A stretch of 64,000 nucleotides of DNA from Candidatus Rokubacteria bacterium 13_1_40CM_69_27. Its GTDB lineage: Bacteria > Methylomirabilota > Methylomirabilia > Rokubacteriales > CSP1-6. The DNA lies in contig MNEF01000083.1 of assembly GCA_001917535.1 (NCBI GenBank), forward strand, positions 4,219 through 68,218, written 5' to 3'. This document shows positions 1 to 8,003 of the stretch, piece after piece. The position numbers and the translations under genes are program-made. Each line of letters starts with the position of its first letter. Within the stretch, counting starts at the first letter, position 1. Under the pieces are notes generated by a model. It saw only the letters and a list, made by a program, of their open reading frames with translations. It did not search any database and was not told where the DNA came from.

Positions 1-596
1 AGCCCCGCCGCCTGACCCTGCGCTTCCTGGTGTCGCCGGTGGAGGTGATGGGCGACGAAGCCGGACAGGTGGTGGGACTGCGCCTCGTTCGCAACCAGCT
101 CTACGCCACCGAGACGGGGGCCCTCCAGGCGAAGCCCACCAACGAGTTCGAAGAGCTGCAGGTCGGTCTCGTCTTCCGCTCCGTCGGCTACCAGGGCGTG
201 CCGCTCTCGGGGGTGCCGTTCAACGAGAGCTGGGGCGTGATCCTCAACGAAAAGGGCCGGGTGCTCGACCCGGCTACACGGCAGCCACGTGTGGGCGAGT
301 ACACGGCGGGCTGGATCAAGCGCGGGCCCACGGGCGTCATCGGCACCAACAAGCCCGACGCGGCGGAAACCGTGGCCTGCATGATCGAAGATGCGGCCCA
401 GGGCCGGGTGCGTGAGCCCGCCGAGCCCGATGCCGGGGCCGCCCAGAGGCTCGTCCGCGAGCGCCAGCCCCACTACGTCTCCTACGCCGACTGGCAAAAG
501 CTGGACGCGCTGGAAGTTGCCCGGGGCCGGGCCGGGGGCCGCCCGCGGGTCAAGTTCACCCGGGTCAAAGAGATGATGGCCGCGCTGGAGCGGTGA
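1..596 (+). CDS. FprA/adrenodoxin-reductase-like NADPH:ferredoxin reductase, C-terminal part (5' end outside window)
   Basis: Frame open from window edge to TGA 594-596; motif TAGWIKRGPTGVIGTNKPDAAETV matches FprA-type FAD/NADPH reductases from memory. Confidence 0.7.
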   Translation, partial: PRRLTLRFLVSPVEVMGDEAGQVVGLRLVRNQLYATETGALQAKPTNEFEELQVGLVFRSVGYQGVPLSGVPFNESWGVILNEKGRVLDPATRQPRVGEYTAGWIKRGPTGVIGTNKPDAAETVACMIEDAAQGRVREPAEPDAGAAQRLVRERQPHYVSYADWQKLDALEVARGRAGGRPRVKFTRVKEMMAALER

Positions 597-604
597 ATAC
601 CGCC

Positions 605-634
605 TTGACCCTCTCCGTCTGACGAGTGTTTAAT
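605..634 (+). promoter_or_regulatory. candidate sigma-70 promoter for cytochrome c gene
   Basis: TTGACC (605-610), 18-nt spacer, TTTAAT (629-634) preceded by TG; AT-rich island in GC-rich DNA, about 50 nt upstream of ATG 684. Confidence 0.35.
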
Positions 635-683
635 GGGCCCGTGTGATTGTGAACGTCATCACGATCCGATCGGAGGAGGCACC

Positions 684-1085
684 ATGAGCAGGTTCCGGAA
701 ATCGCTGGCGGTCGCTCTGGCGGCCACGCTGTTCCTCGCCGCCGCGGGCGCAGCCGTCGTCTCGGCACAGAGCGATTGGAAGGCTCCCGCCGAAGCCAAG
801 AATCTCAAGAACCCCGTGAAGGGTGTCGGCAACGCGAAGAAGTCGGTCGAGACCAACTGCGTCTCTTGCCATGGTGCCTCGGGCAAGGGCGACGGTCCCG
901 CCGCCGCCGCGCTGCCCCCACCCAAGCCGGCCGACTGGACGTCGGCACGGGTCCAGAGCCAGACAGACGGCGAGATCTTTTGGAAGATCTCCAACGGGCG
1001 CGGCGCGATGCCCCCCTGGAAGCACCTGCCGGACAAGGAGCGCTGGGAGATCGTCAGCTATATCCGCACACTGAAGGGCAAGTAG
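684..1085 (+). CDS. secreted mono-haem class I c-type cytochrome
   Basis: CVSCHG haem-binding motif, downstream GAMPPW Met ligand region, N-terminal signal peptide, GGAGGAGG RBS 5 nt before ATG 684 (the track ORF starts earlier at 633). Confidence 0.85.
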   Translation: MSRFRKSLAVALAATLFLAAAGAAVVSAQSDWKAPAEAKNLKNPVKGVGNAKKSVETNCVSCHGASGKGDGPAAAALPPPKPADWTSARVQSQTDGEIFWKISNGRGAMPPWKHLPDKERWEIVSYIRTLKGK

Positions 1086-1176
1086 TCAGCCCGACGCTTG
1101 CCTCAACGCGCCCCGTCGGCAGCGGCTCCCGGTGCCCGTCGCCGGCTGGGCGTTCGTGTCTCCGCCCTGGCGGGCC

Positions 1177-2115
1177 ATGACGCCCCCGCGACTGGCCAGC
1201 ATCGACCTGGGGACCAACACCGTGCGGCTGCTGGTGGTCGAGGTGGGCGCGACAGGGCAGTGGCGCGTCATCGATCAGGACCAGCGCATCACCCGTCTGG
1301 GCGAGGGCCTGGCCGCCCGCGGCCGCCTCGGCGAGACGCCGATGGCCAGAACGGGCGCGGTCGTCGCCGAGTACATCGACCGGGCGCTCCGCGCCGGCGC
1401 CAGCGAGACGCACATCATCGCCACCAGCGCCGTGCGCGAGGCGGCCAACGGGCGGGAGTTCGCGGCGGCGCTCCAGCGCACGACCGGACGGCCGGTGCAG
1501 GTCGTGAGCGGCCAGGACGAGGCCCGTCTCACGATCCGGGGCATTCTCAAGGGGCTGCGCTCGAGCGCCGGCCCGGTGCTCGCCTTCGACATCGGCGGGG
1601 GGAGCACGGAGTTCGTCCTGGCCCGCGATGGCCAGGTGGCGGCCGCGGTCAGCCTGAAGCTCGGCGTCGTCCCTCTGGCCGAGCGCTATCCGTTCCCGAA
1701 CCGCGTGGACCGGGAGCGCTACCGCGAGATGGAGGACGAGATTGGCCGTCGGCTCCTCGCCGAGCTGCCGCCGCCCCTCCGCGCACCCGGCGTGAGCCAC
1801 GTCGTCGGCACCGCCGGGACCGTCACGACGCTGGGCGCCCTCGATCTGGGCCTTACCGAGTACGACGCGGAGCGCGTGCACGGCCATCGGCTGAGCCGGG
1901 GAGCCGTCGAGCGCCTGCGCGATCAACTCGGGAGCCTCAGCCTCGCCGAGCGCGCGGCGCTTCCGTGCCTCGAGCCCGGGCGCGCCGACCTGATCATTCC
2001 GGGCGTGGCCATCGTGCTGGCTACGCTGGAAGCCACCGGCGTCTCCGCAGTCGTCGTCAGCGACTGGGGATTGCGGGAGGGTATCATGGCGGAAGCGATC
2101 GAAGCATGGCGATGA
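1177..2115 (+). CDS. Ppx/GppA-family phosphatase (exopolyphosphatase / pppGpp phosphohydrolase)
   Basis: N-terminal ASIDLGTNTVRLLVVE and DIGGGSTEF ASKHA-fold motifs; start could also be GTG 1132. Confidence 0.8.
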   Translation: MTPPRLASIDLGTNTVRLLVVEVGATGQWRVIDQDQRITRLGEGLAARGRLGETPMARTGAVVAEYIDRALRAGASETHIIATSAVREAANGREFAAALQRTTGRPVQVVSGQDEARLTIRGILKGLRSSAGPVLAFDIGGGSTEFVLARDGQVAAAVSLKLGVVPLAERYPFPNRVDRERYREMEDEIGRRLLAELPPPLRAPGVSHVVGTAGTVTTLGALDLGLTEYDAERVHGHRLSRGAVERLRDQLGSLSLAERAALPCLEPGRADLIIPGVAIVLATLEATGVSAVVVSDWGLREGIMAEAIEAWR

Positions 2116-2137
2116 TCGTCGAGGCCCCCTCCGACGT

Positions 2138-3067
2138 ATGATCCTGCGCGCGCTGCTCCTCGCGCTGTCGACGCGACCCCGGATCGGCGAATGGATGAAT
2201 CGGCTGCCGGTCACGCGAGGCTTCGTGCGTCGCTTCGTGGCGGGCACGGCCGCCGACGACGCGCTGGCCGTCATCGCCGACCTCAACGCCCGGGGTCTGC
2301 AGGGGGCGGTCACTTACCTCGGCGAAAATGTCCGCACGCCGGCCGAGGCCGAGCATGCCACCGAGGTGTACGTGCAGCTCCTCGACGAGATCAAGCGAAG
2401 GAATCTCCTCGCGCTGCCGTCGCTCAAGCTCACTCACCTCGGGCTCGACCTCGGCGAGCCGGTGGGCCGGGCGAACCTGACCCGGGTGCTCGAGCGGGGG
2501 CGGGCGACGGGCACGCGGGTATGGATCGACATGGAGTCGTCGGCCTACACCGAGCGCACGCTCGCTCTCTACGCCCGCCTCCGCCCGACCTATGCGAACT
2601 GCGCGTGCGTGGTGCAGGCCTACCTGCGGCGCACGCCCGCCGACGTCGAGCGACTGGTCGAGCTGGGCGCCACCGTCAGACTCTGCAAGGGCGCCTATCG
2701 CGAGCCGCGCGAGATCGCGTACCCCGACAAACGCGACGTCGATCAGGCCTATGCGCGACTGATCGACCGGCTGCTGGCCCCCGATGCCCTGGGCCGGGGC
2801 GTCTATCCGGGCTTCGCGACGCACGACGAACGTCTGATCGCGCGCGTCCGCGATCGGGCCGCCGAGCGGCGCATCGCCGCGGATCGCTTCGAAATCCAGA
2901 TGCTCTACGGGATCCGCCCCGACCTCGGCGCCGCCCTGCGCGCTCAGGGGCTGGCCGTGCGGGTACTGGTGCCGTTCGGCGAGGACTGGTACGGCTACTT
3001 CATGCGCCGACTGGCGGAGCGTCCGGCCAATCTGCTGTTCCTGCTGCGCAATCTCGGGCGGGGCTGA
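2138..3067 (+). CDS. proline dehydrogenase (monofunctional PutA-like)
   Basis: LKLTHLGLD, VWIDMESS, VQAYLRR, RLCKGAY, ATHDE, QMLYGIR and C-terminal RRLAERPANLLFLLRNL blocks typical of the proline dehydrogenase family. Confidence 0.85.
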   Translation: MILRALLLALSTRPRIGEWMNRLPVTRGFVRRFVAGTAADDALAVIADLNARGLQGAVTYLGENVRTPAEAEHATEVYVQLLDEIKRRNLLALPSLKLTHLGLDLGEPVGRANLTRVLERGRATGTRVWIDMESSAYTERTLALYARLRPTYANCACVVQAYLRRTPADVERLVELGATVRLCKGAYREPREIAYPDKRDVDQAYARLIDRLLAPDALGRGVYPGFATHDERLIARVRDRAAERRIAADRFEIQMLYGIRPDLGAALRAQGLAVRVLVPFGEDWYGYFMRRLAERPANLLFLLRNLGRG

Positions 3068-3078
3068 GCGGCCGCCAT

Positions 3079-3107
3079 TTGACACCTGTCGAGCCGCCGT
3101 CTATGCT
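3079..3107 (+). promoter_or_regulatory. near-consensus sigma-70 promoter giving a near-leaderless HNH gene transcript
   Basis: TTGACA (3079-3084), 17-nt spacer, TATGCT (3102-3107); ATG at 3120 with no Shine-Dalgarno in between. Confidence 0.45.
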
Positions 3108-3119
3108 TGACGCACGATT

Positions 3120-3650
3120 ATGGATGAAATCGCGGTCCTGGTGCTGAACTACACCTACGAGCCGCTGCATTTCACCAACGCCCGCCGGGCCATCACGCTG
3201 CTCCTGGCCGGCAAGGCCGAAGCCGTGGAGGCGTCCCCTCGCGTCGTCCGCTCGCCGTCCGTGGCCTTCGCGCTGCCCGCGGTGATCCGCCTCGCCATCT
3301 ACATCCGCAAGCCGTTCCTCGACCGCGTGGCGTTCAACAAGAAGAACATCCTCCGACGGGACGGCTACACGTGTCAGTACTGCAACCGGCGGGGCGAGCG
3401 GCTGACCGTGGACCACGTCCTCCCGCGCTCGCGCGGCGGCGAGACGACGTGGACCAACGTGGTGGCCGCCTGCCTGCGCTGCAACCTCAAGAAAGGCAGC
3501 CGCCTGCTCGAAGAGGCCGGCATGCGCCTGCTGCGCGAGCCGGTGCACCCGAAGTTCGTGTTCTCGACGCACCTGCTCAAGCATCCCCACGCCCACTCGC
3601 TGCTCGACTCCTGGCGCAAGTACCTGGTCGCCGTCCCGGCGCCGTCCTGA
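3120..3650 (+). CDS. HNH endonuclease family protein
   Basis: CQYCNRRGERLTVDHVLPRSRGGETTWTNVVAACLRCNLKKG = CxxC...H-N-H...CxxC zinc/HNH motif. Confidence 0.85.
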   Translation: MDEIAVLVLNYTYEPLHFTNARRAITLLLAGKAEAVEASPRVVRSPSVAFALPAVIRLAIYIRKPFLDRVAFNKKNILRRDGYTCQYCNRRGERLTVDHVLPRSRGGETTWTNVVAACLRCNLKKGSRLLEEAGMRLLREPVHPKFVFSTHLLKHPHAHSLLDSWRKYLVAVPAPS

Positions 3651-3653
3651 ACA

Positions 3654-3690
3654 GGGCACGGGCACCCGGGCTCGCGCCACGCCCGTGCCC
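3654..3690 (+). terminator. stem-loop after HNH gene (no U-tract)
   Basis: Perfect 10-bp inverted repeat GGGCACGGGC (3654-3663) / GCCCGTGCCC (3681-3690), 17-nt loop; starts 4 nt after the stop codon. Confidence 0.3.
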
Positions 3691-3735
3691 CGCCGCGATC
3701 ACCGGAGACGGTAATTTGCTCCCGCGATCCGAGCC

Positions 3736-5718
3736 GTGTTCCGGCTGACGTCAGAGTACCCGCCTCGCGGCGACCAGCCGCGGGCCATCGCGCGCCTCAC
3801 CGAGATGATCCGCAGCCGCCGCCGCCACGTCGTCCTGCGGGGCGTGACGGGCTCCGGGAAGACCTACACCATGGCCAACGTCATCGCCGACGTGGGGCGG
3901 CCGACGCTGGTGATCTCGCCGAACAAGACGCTGGCCGCCCAGCTCTTCAGCGAGTTCAAGGCGTTCTTTCCCCAGAACGCGGTCGAGTACTTCGTGTCGT
4001 ACTACGACTACTACCAGCCCGAGGCCTACATTCCCCAGAGCGACACCTATATCGAGAAGGACGCCCTCATCAACGACGAGATCGACCGGATGCGCCACTC
4101 GGCGACGCGATCCCTCATGGAGCGCCGGGACGTGATCGTCGTGGCGTCGGTGTCGTGTATCTACGGCATCGGCGCACCGGAGACCTACCAGGAGATGCAC
4201 TTGGCGCTGGGCGAGGGCGAGCAGATTGACCGCGACGAGATCATCCGGCGGCTCATCAGCGTCCAGTACGAGCGCAACGACTACGATTTCCACCGGGGCA
4301 CCTTCCGCGTGCGGGGCGACATCGTCGAGGTGTTTCCCGCCAATGAGGAGACCTTCGCCCTCCGCATCGAGCTGTTCGGCGACGTCGTGGATGCCATCCA
4401 TCGCATCGATCCCCTCCGGGGGGCGGTGCGGGAGCGGCTGCCGGCCGTTCACATCTATCCGGCCAGCCACTACGTGACCCCGGCGGCCCAGCTCGAGCGG
4501 GCGCTGGGGACCATCCACGAGGAGCTGCAGGAGCGCCTGGCCTTCCTGCGGACGCGCAACCGGCTGCTGGAGGCGCAGCGCCTGGAGCAGCGCACGCTCT
4601 TCGACATCGAGATGCTGCGGGAGCTGGGGTACTGTCACGGTATCGAGAACTACTCGCGCCACCTGACCGGACGACGCCCCGGCGAGGCGCCGCCCGTGCT
4701 GATCGAGTATCTGCCCTCCGATGCCCTCATCATCGTCGACGAAAGCCACGTGGCCGTTCCCCAGCTGCGGGGGATGTACTACGGCGACCGCTCCCGCAAG
4801 GAGGCGCTGGTCGAGTACGGGTTCCGCCTGCCGTCGGCGTTCGATAACCGGCCCCTGACCTTCGAGGAGTTCACGCGCCTGACCGGCCAGACGGTGTACG
4901 TCTCGGCCACGCCGGGGGCCTACGAGCTGGAGATGGCGGGGGAGTCCGTGGCCGAGCAGGTCATCCGCCCCACCGGGCTCATGGACCCCCAGATCACGGT
5001 GCGCCCGGCCCGCGATCAGGTCGACGACCTGCTGCACGAGATCCGGGCCCACGCCGAGCGGAACGAGCGCGTGCTGGTCACCACGCTGACCAAGCGCATG
5101 GCCGAGGACCTCACCGAGTACTACCTGCAGGCGGCCCTGCGCGTCCGGTACCTGCACTCCGACATCGACACGCTCGATCGCGTGGCGGTGATCCGCGACC
5201 TCCGGCTCGGCAAGTTCGACGCCCTCATCGGCATCAACCTGCTCCGCGAGGGGCTGGACATTCCCGAGGTCTCGCTGGTGGCCATCCTCGACGCTGACAA
5301 GGAGGGTTACCTCCGGTCGGGGACCTCGCTGATCCAGACGGCCGGGCGGGCGGCCCGGAACGTCAACGGCGAGGTGATCATGTACGCCGACCAGGTGACC
5401 GACTCCATGGCGGCCACGATCCGGGAGACGGAGCGGCGGCGGCAGCTCCAGGCCGCCTATAATGCCGAGCACGGCATCACGCCGGAGTCCATCCGCTCCT
5501 CGATCCGGGAGCTGTTGCAGACGGTCTACGAGCGCGACTACTACACGGTCGAGGTGGAAGCGCCAGCCGAGGAGCGGTTCGAGTCGCCGGCCGAGCTCGA
5601 GCGGCGCATCGTCGAGCTGGAGACGCGGATGAAGGAGGCGGCGCGCCGGCTCGACTTCGAGCAGGCCGCCGAGCTGCGTGACCGCGTACGGGCCCTGAGG
5701 AAGCTCCAGACAGTGTGA
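3736..5718 (+). CDS. uvrB: excinuclease ABC subunit B
   Basis: Full-length match to the UvrB pattern: [15 protein letters not shown] Walker [11 protein letters not shown], helicase motifs, C-terminal UVR domain ([10 protein letters not shown]). Confidence 0.97.
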   Translation: MFRLTSEYPPRGDQPRAIARLTEMIRSRRRHVVLRGVTGSGKTYTMANVIADVGRPTLVISPNKTLAAQLFSEFKAFFPQNAVEYFVSYYDYYQPEAYIPQSDTYIEKDALINDEIDRMRHSATRSLMERRDVIVVASVSCIYGIGAPETYQEMHLALGEGEQIDRDEIIRRLISVQYERNDYDFHRGTFRVRGDIVEVFPANEETFALRIELFGDVVDAIHRIDPLRGAVRERLPAVHIYPASHYVTPAAQLERALGTIHEELQERLAFLRTRNRLLEAQRLEQRTLFDIEMLRELGYCHGIENYSRHLTGRRPGEAPPVLIEYLPSDALIIVDESHVAVPQLRGMYYGDRSRKEALVEYGFRLPSAFDNRPLTFEEFTRLTGQTVYVSATPGAYELEMAGESVAEQVIRPTGLMDPQITVRPARDQVDDLLHEIRAHAERNERVLVTTLTKRMAEDLTEYYLQAALRVRYLHSDIDTLDRVAVIRDLRLGKFDALIGINLLREGLDIPEVSLVAILDADKEGYLRSGTSLIQTAGRAARNVNGEVIMYADQVTDSMAATIRETERRRQLQAAYNAEHGITPESIRSSIRELLQTVYERDYYTVEVEAPAEERFESPAELERRIVELETRMKEAARRLDFEQAAELRDRVRALRKLQTV

Positions 5719-5756
5719 GCGGGCCTCGCGGCCCCTCGCTACAATAAACAACGTCG

Positions 5757-7652
5757 ATGAGGCTGGAAGAGAAGCTGGCCACGCTGCCCGACCGTCCCGG
5801 GGTCTACCTCTACCGGGACGCCAAAGGGCAGGCACTCTACGTCGGCAAGGCGGCGTCGCTCCGGGGCCGGGTGCGGTCGTACTTCCAGGAGGCGCGCCCG
5901 CGCGACGCCAAGACTGACGCGCTGGTGCGGCAGATCGACGACCTCGAGTACATCGTCACCGACAACGAGCTCGAGGCGCTGATGCTCGAGGCCAACCTGG
6001 TCCGCAAGCACCGGCCCCGCTACAACATCATCCTGCGCGACGACAAGCACTATCCGTTCCTCAAGCTGACGACCAACGAGGATTTCCCGCGGTTGCTAGT
6101 GGCCCGCCGGGTCCAGGACGACGGGGCCGTCTACTACGGGCCGTTCTATCCGGCGACGGCGATGCGGGAAACGCTCCGGCTGGCGCGGCAGCTCTTCCCG
6201 CTCCGCACGTGCGCCATCAAGATCGACGGCCGCCTCGAGCGCCCCTGCATCCAGTACTACATCCACCGGTGCCACGCGCCCTGCACCGGGTGGGAGACGC
6301 GGGAGGGCTATGCCCGGACCGTCCGCGACGTCCAGGCCTTTCTGGAGGGCAAGGACGAGGACCTGGTCGCGAAGCTGACCCGGGAGATGGAGACCGCCGC
6401 GGCCGAGGAGAAGTTCGAGCGGGCGGCGGCGCTCCGCGACCAGATCCAGTCGCTCAACAAGGTCCGCGAGCGCCAGAAGATCATCTCGACGGACCTGGTG
6501 GACCAGGACGTCATCGGGGTCGTGCGGCAGGGCGGCGACGCGTGCGTGGAGCTGTTCTTCGTGCGCAAGGGCCGCCTGATGGGGCAGGAGGCCTTCTTCT
6601 TCGACCGGGTGGCCGGCTGGAAGGACGGCGAGATCCTCTCGGCGTTCCTCCGGCAGTTCTACGGCAAGCACGTGACCCCCGCGCCCGAAATCTTGATATC
6701 CGAGGAGGTCCCGGAGGCCGAGTTGGTAGCGGAGTGGCTGAGCGGGCTCAGCAAGCGGCGGGTGCAGCTCCTGGTCCCCCAGCGCGGCGCCAAGCGGGAG
6801 TTCGTGGCGATGGCCGAGGCCAACGCGGCGATCGCGCTGCAGAACCACTTGCTGTCCCGCGAGAACCGGCAGCAGCTGATCCTCGAGGAGCTGCAGCGGG
6901 CGCTGATCCTGCCCGGCCTGCCCAACCGGATCGAGGGCTACGATGTCTCCTCCATCCAGGGCTCGGAGCAGGTGGGGGCGATGGTGGTGTGGGAAAACGG
7001 CGCGATGAAGAAGGACGACTACAAACGCTTCCGGATCAAGACCGTCGCCGGCGCGGACGACTTCGCCTCGCTCGAGGAGATGCTGCGGCGGCGGTTCTCG
7101 AAGTCGCTGGAGCAGGGCACGCCGCTGCCGGACCTCGTGCTCATCGACGGTGGCCGCGGCCAGCTCAACGTCGGCCTGAGCGTGCTGCAGGAGCTGGGGC
7201 TGGACTACATCCCGGTCGTGGCCCTGGCCAAGCAGCGGGAGGAGGTCTACCGGGGCGACAGCCTAGAGCCACTGGTTCTCGACCCGACCTCGCCCGCGCT
7301 GCACACGCTGCAGAAGATCCGCGACGAGGCCCACCGGTTCGCCATCAGCTACCACAAGAAGCTCCGGACGCAGCGGACGATCCAGTCGGTCCTCGACGCC
7401 ATTCCGGGAGTCGGGCCGACCATCCGGACGAGCCTTCTGAAGACTTTGGGATCGGCCCGGCGCGTGAGAGAATCCACTGTCGCTGAGCTGGCTGCGGTGC
7501 CGAAGGTGACCCCCAAGCTGGCCCAGCGGATTTTCGACTACTTTCACCCCTCGGGGGCCGGCGTGGCCGACTCCTCGGGGGAACCGGAACTGAACCCTCA
7601 GCGTTCCGTTAACGAGCGCCGGCTTGGCTCGGGGGGAGGTGACAACCGATGA
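5757..7652 (+). CDS. uvrC: excinuclease ABC subunit C
   Basis: GIY-YIG N-terminus (PGVYLYRD...LYVGKA), UVR domain (FERAAALRDQI), RNase H-like endonuclease and HhH C-terminus. Confidence 0.96.
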   Translation: MRLEEKLATLPDRPGVYLYRDAKGQALYVGKAASLRGRVRSYFQEARPRDAKTDALVRQIDDLEYIVTDNELEALMLEANLVRKHRPRYNIILRDDKHYPFLKLTTNEDFPRLLVARRVQDDGAVYYGPFYPATAMRETLRLARQLFPLRTCAIKIDGRLERPCIQYYIHRCHAPCTGWETREGYARTVRDVQAFLEGKDEDLVAKLTREMETAAAEEKFERAAALRDQIQSLNKVRERQKIISTDLVDQDVIGVVRQGGDACVELFFVRKGRLMGQEAFFFDRVAGWKDGEILSAFLRQFYGKHVTPAPEILISEEVPEAELVAEWLSGLSKRRVQLLVPQRGAKREFVAMAEANAAIALQNHLLSRENRQQLILEELQRALILPGLPNRIEGYDVSSIQGSEQVGAMVVWENGAMKKDDYKRFRIKTVAGADDFASLEEMLRRRFSKSLEQGTPLPDLVLIDGGRGQLNVGLSVLQELGLDYIPVVALAKQREEVYRGDSLEPLVLDPTSPALHTLQKIRDEAHRFAISYHKKLRTQRTIQSVLDAIPGVGPTIRTSLLKTLGSARRVRESTVAELAAVPKVTPKLAQRIFDYFHPSGAGVADSSGEPELNPQRSVNERRLGSGGGDNR

Positions 7653-7912
7653 AGAAGCTCATGGCGTTGGTGGCAGTGGTGGTGGCGTTCGCGTTCGTGA
7701 GCGTCGCCTCCGCCTCGGAGTGCCCGCTGCTGATCAAGCAGCTCAAGGACGGCGTGGCCAAGGTGTCGGACCCGAATAAGAAGGCCGACGTCGAGAAGAT
7801 GATCGCCGAGGTCCAGAAGCTGCATGACTCCGGCAAGCACGCAGAGTCGGTGAAGAAGGCTGACGAAGCAGCCAAGGCGGCCGGCATCAAGCTCGAGCAC
7901 AAGAAGATGTAG
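7649..7912 (+). CDS. small secreted Lys/Ala-rich protein of unknown function (paralogue of 60294-60544)
   Basis: ATGA overlap with uvrC stop, GGGAGG RBS, signal peptide MKKLMALVAVVVAFAFVSVASA, mature part ECPLLIKQL...KLHDSGKHAES; followed by a strong terminator. Confidence 0.75.
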   Translation: MKKLMALVAVVVAFAFVSVASASECPLLIKQLKDGVAKVSDPNKKADVEKMIAEVQKLHDSGKHAESVKKADEAAKAAGIKLEHKKM

Positions 7913-7924
7913 TCATCGCCTCCC

Positions 7925-7963
7925 GACCCGCGGCGCCTCGTCGCGCGCCGCGGGTCATTTCCT
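7925..7963 (+). terminator. intrinsic terminator
   Basis: 12-bp perfect stem GACCCGCGGCGC (7925-7936) / GCGCCGCGGGTC (7945-7956) followed by ATTTCCTT. Confidence 0.7.
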
Positions 7964-8003
7964 TGCCTCTGCTCGCTAAGTCTGGTAGAAATCGAGCGTA
8001 ATC

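Noticed and set aside
3751-5835. 694-aa minus-strand ORF antisense to uvrB. Similar long antisense ORFs occur at 1054-2313, 9644-11167, 29698-32151, 41303-43714 and 45948-48881.
   Set aside because: These are typical shadow ORFs of very GC-rich DNA. Their products are Arg/Gly/Pro/Ala-rich and low-complexity with no recognisable motifs, and each lies opposite a gene with an unambiguous conserved product.
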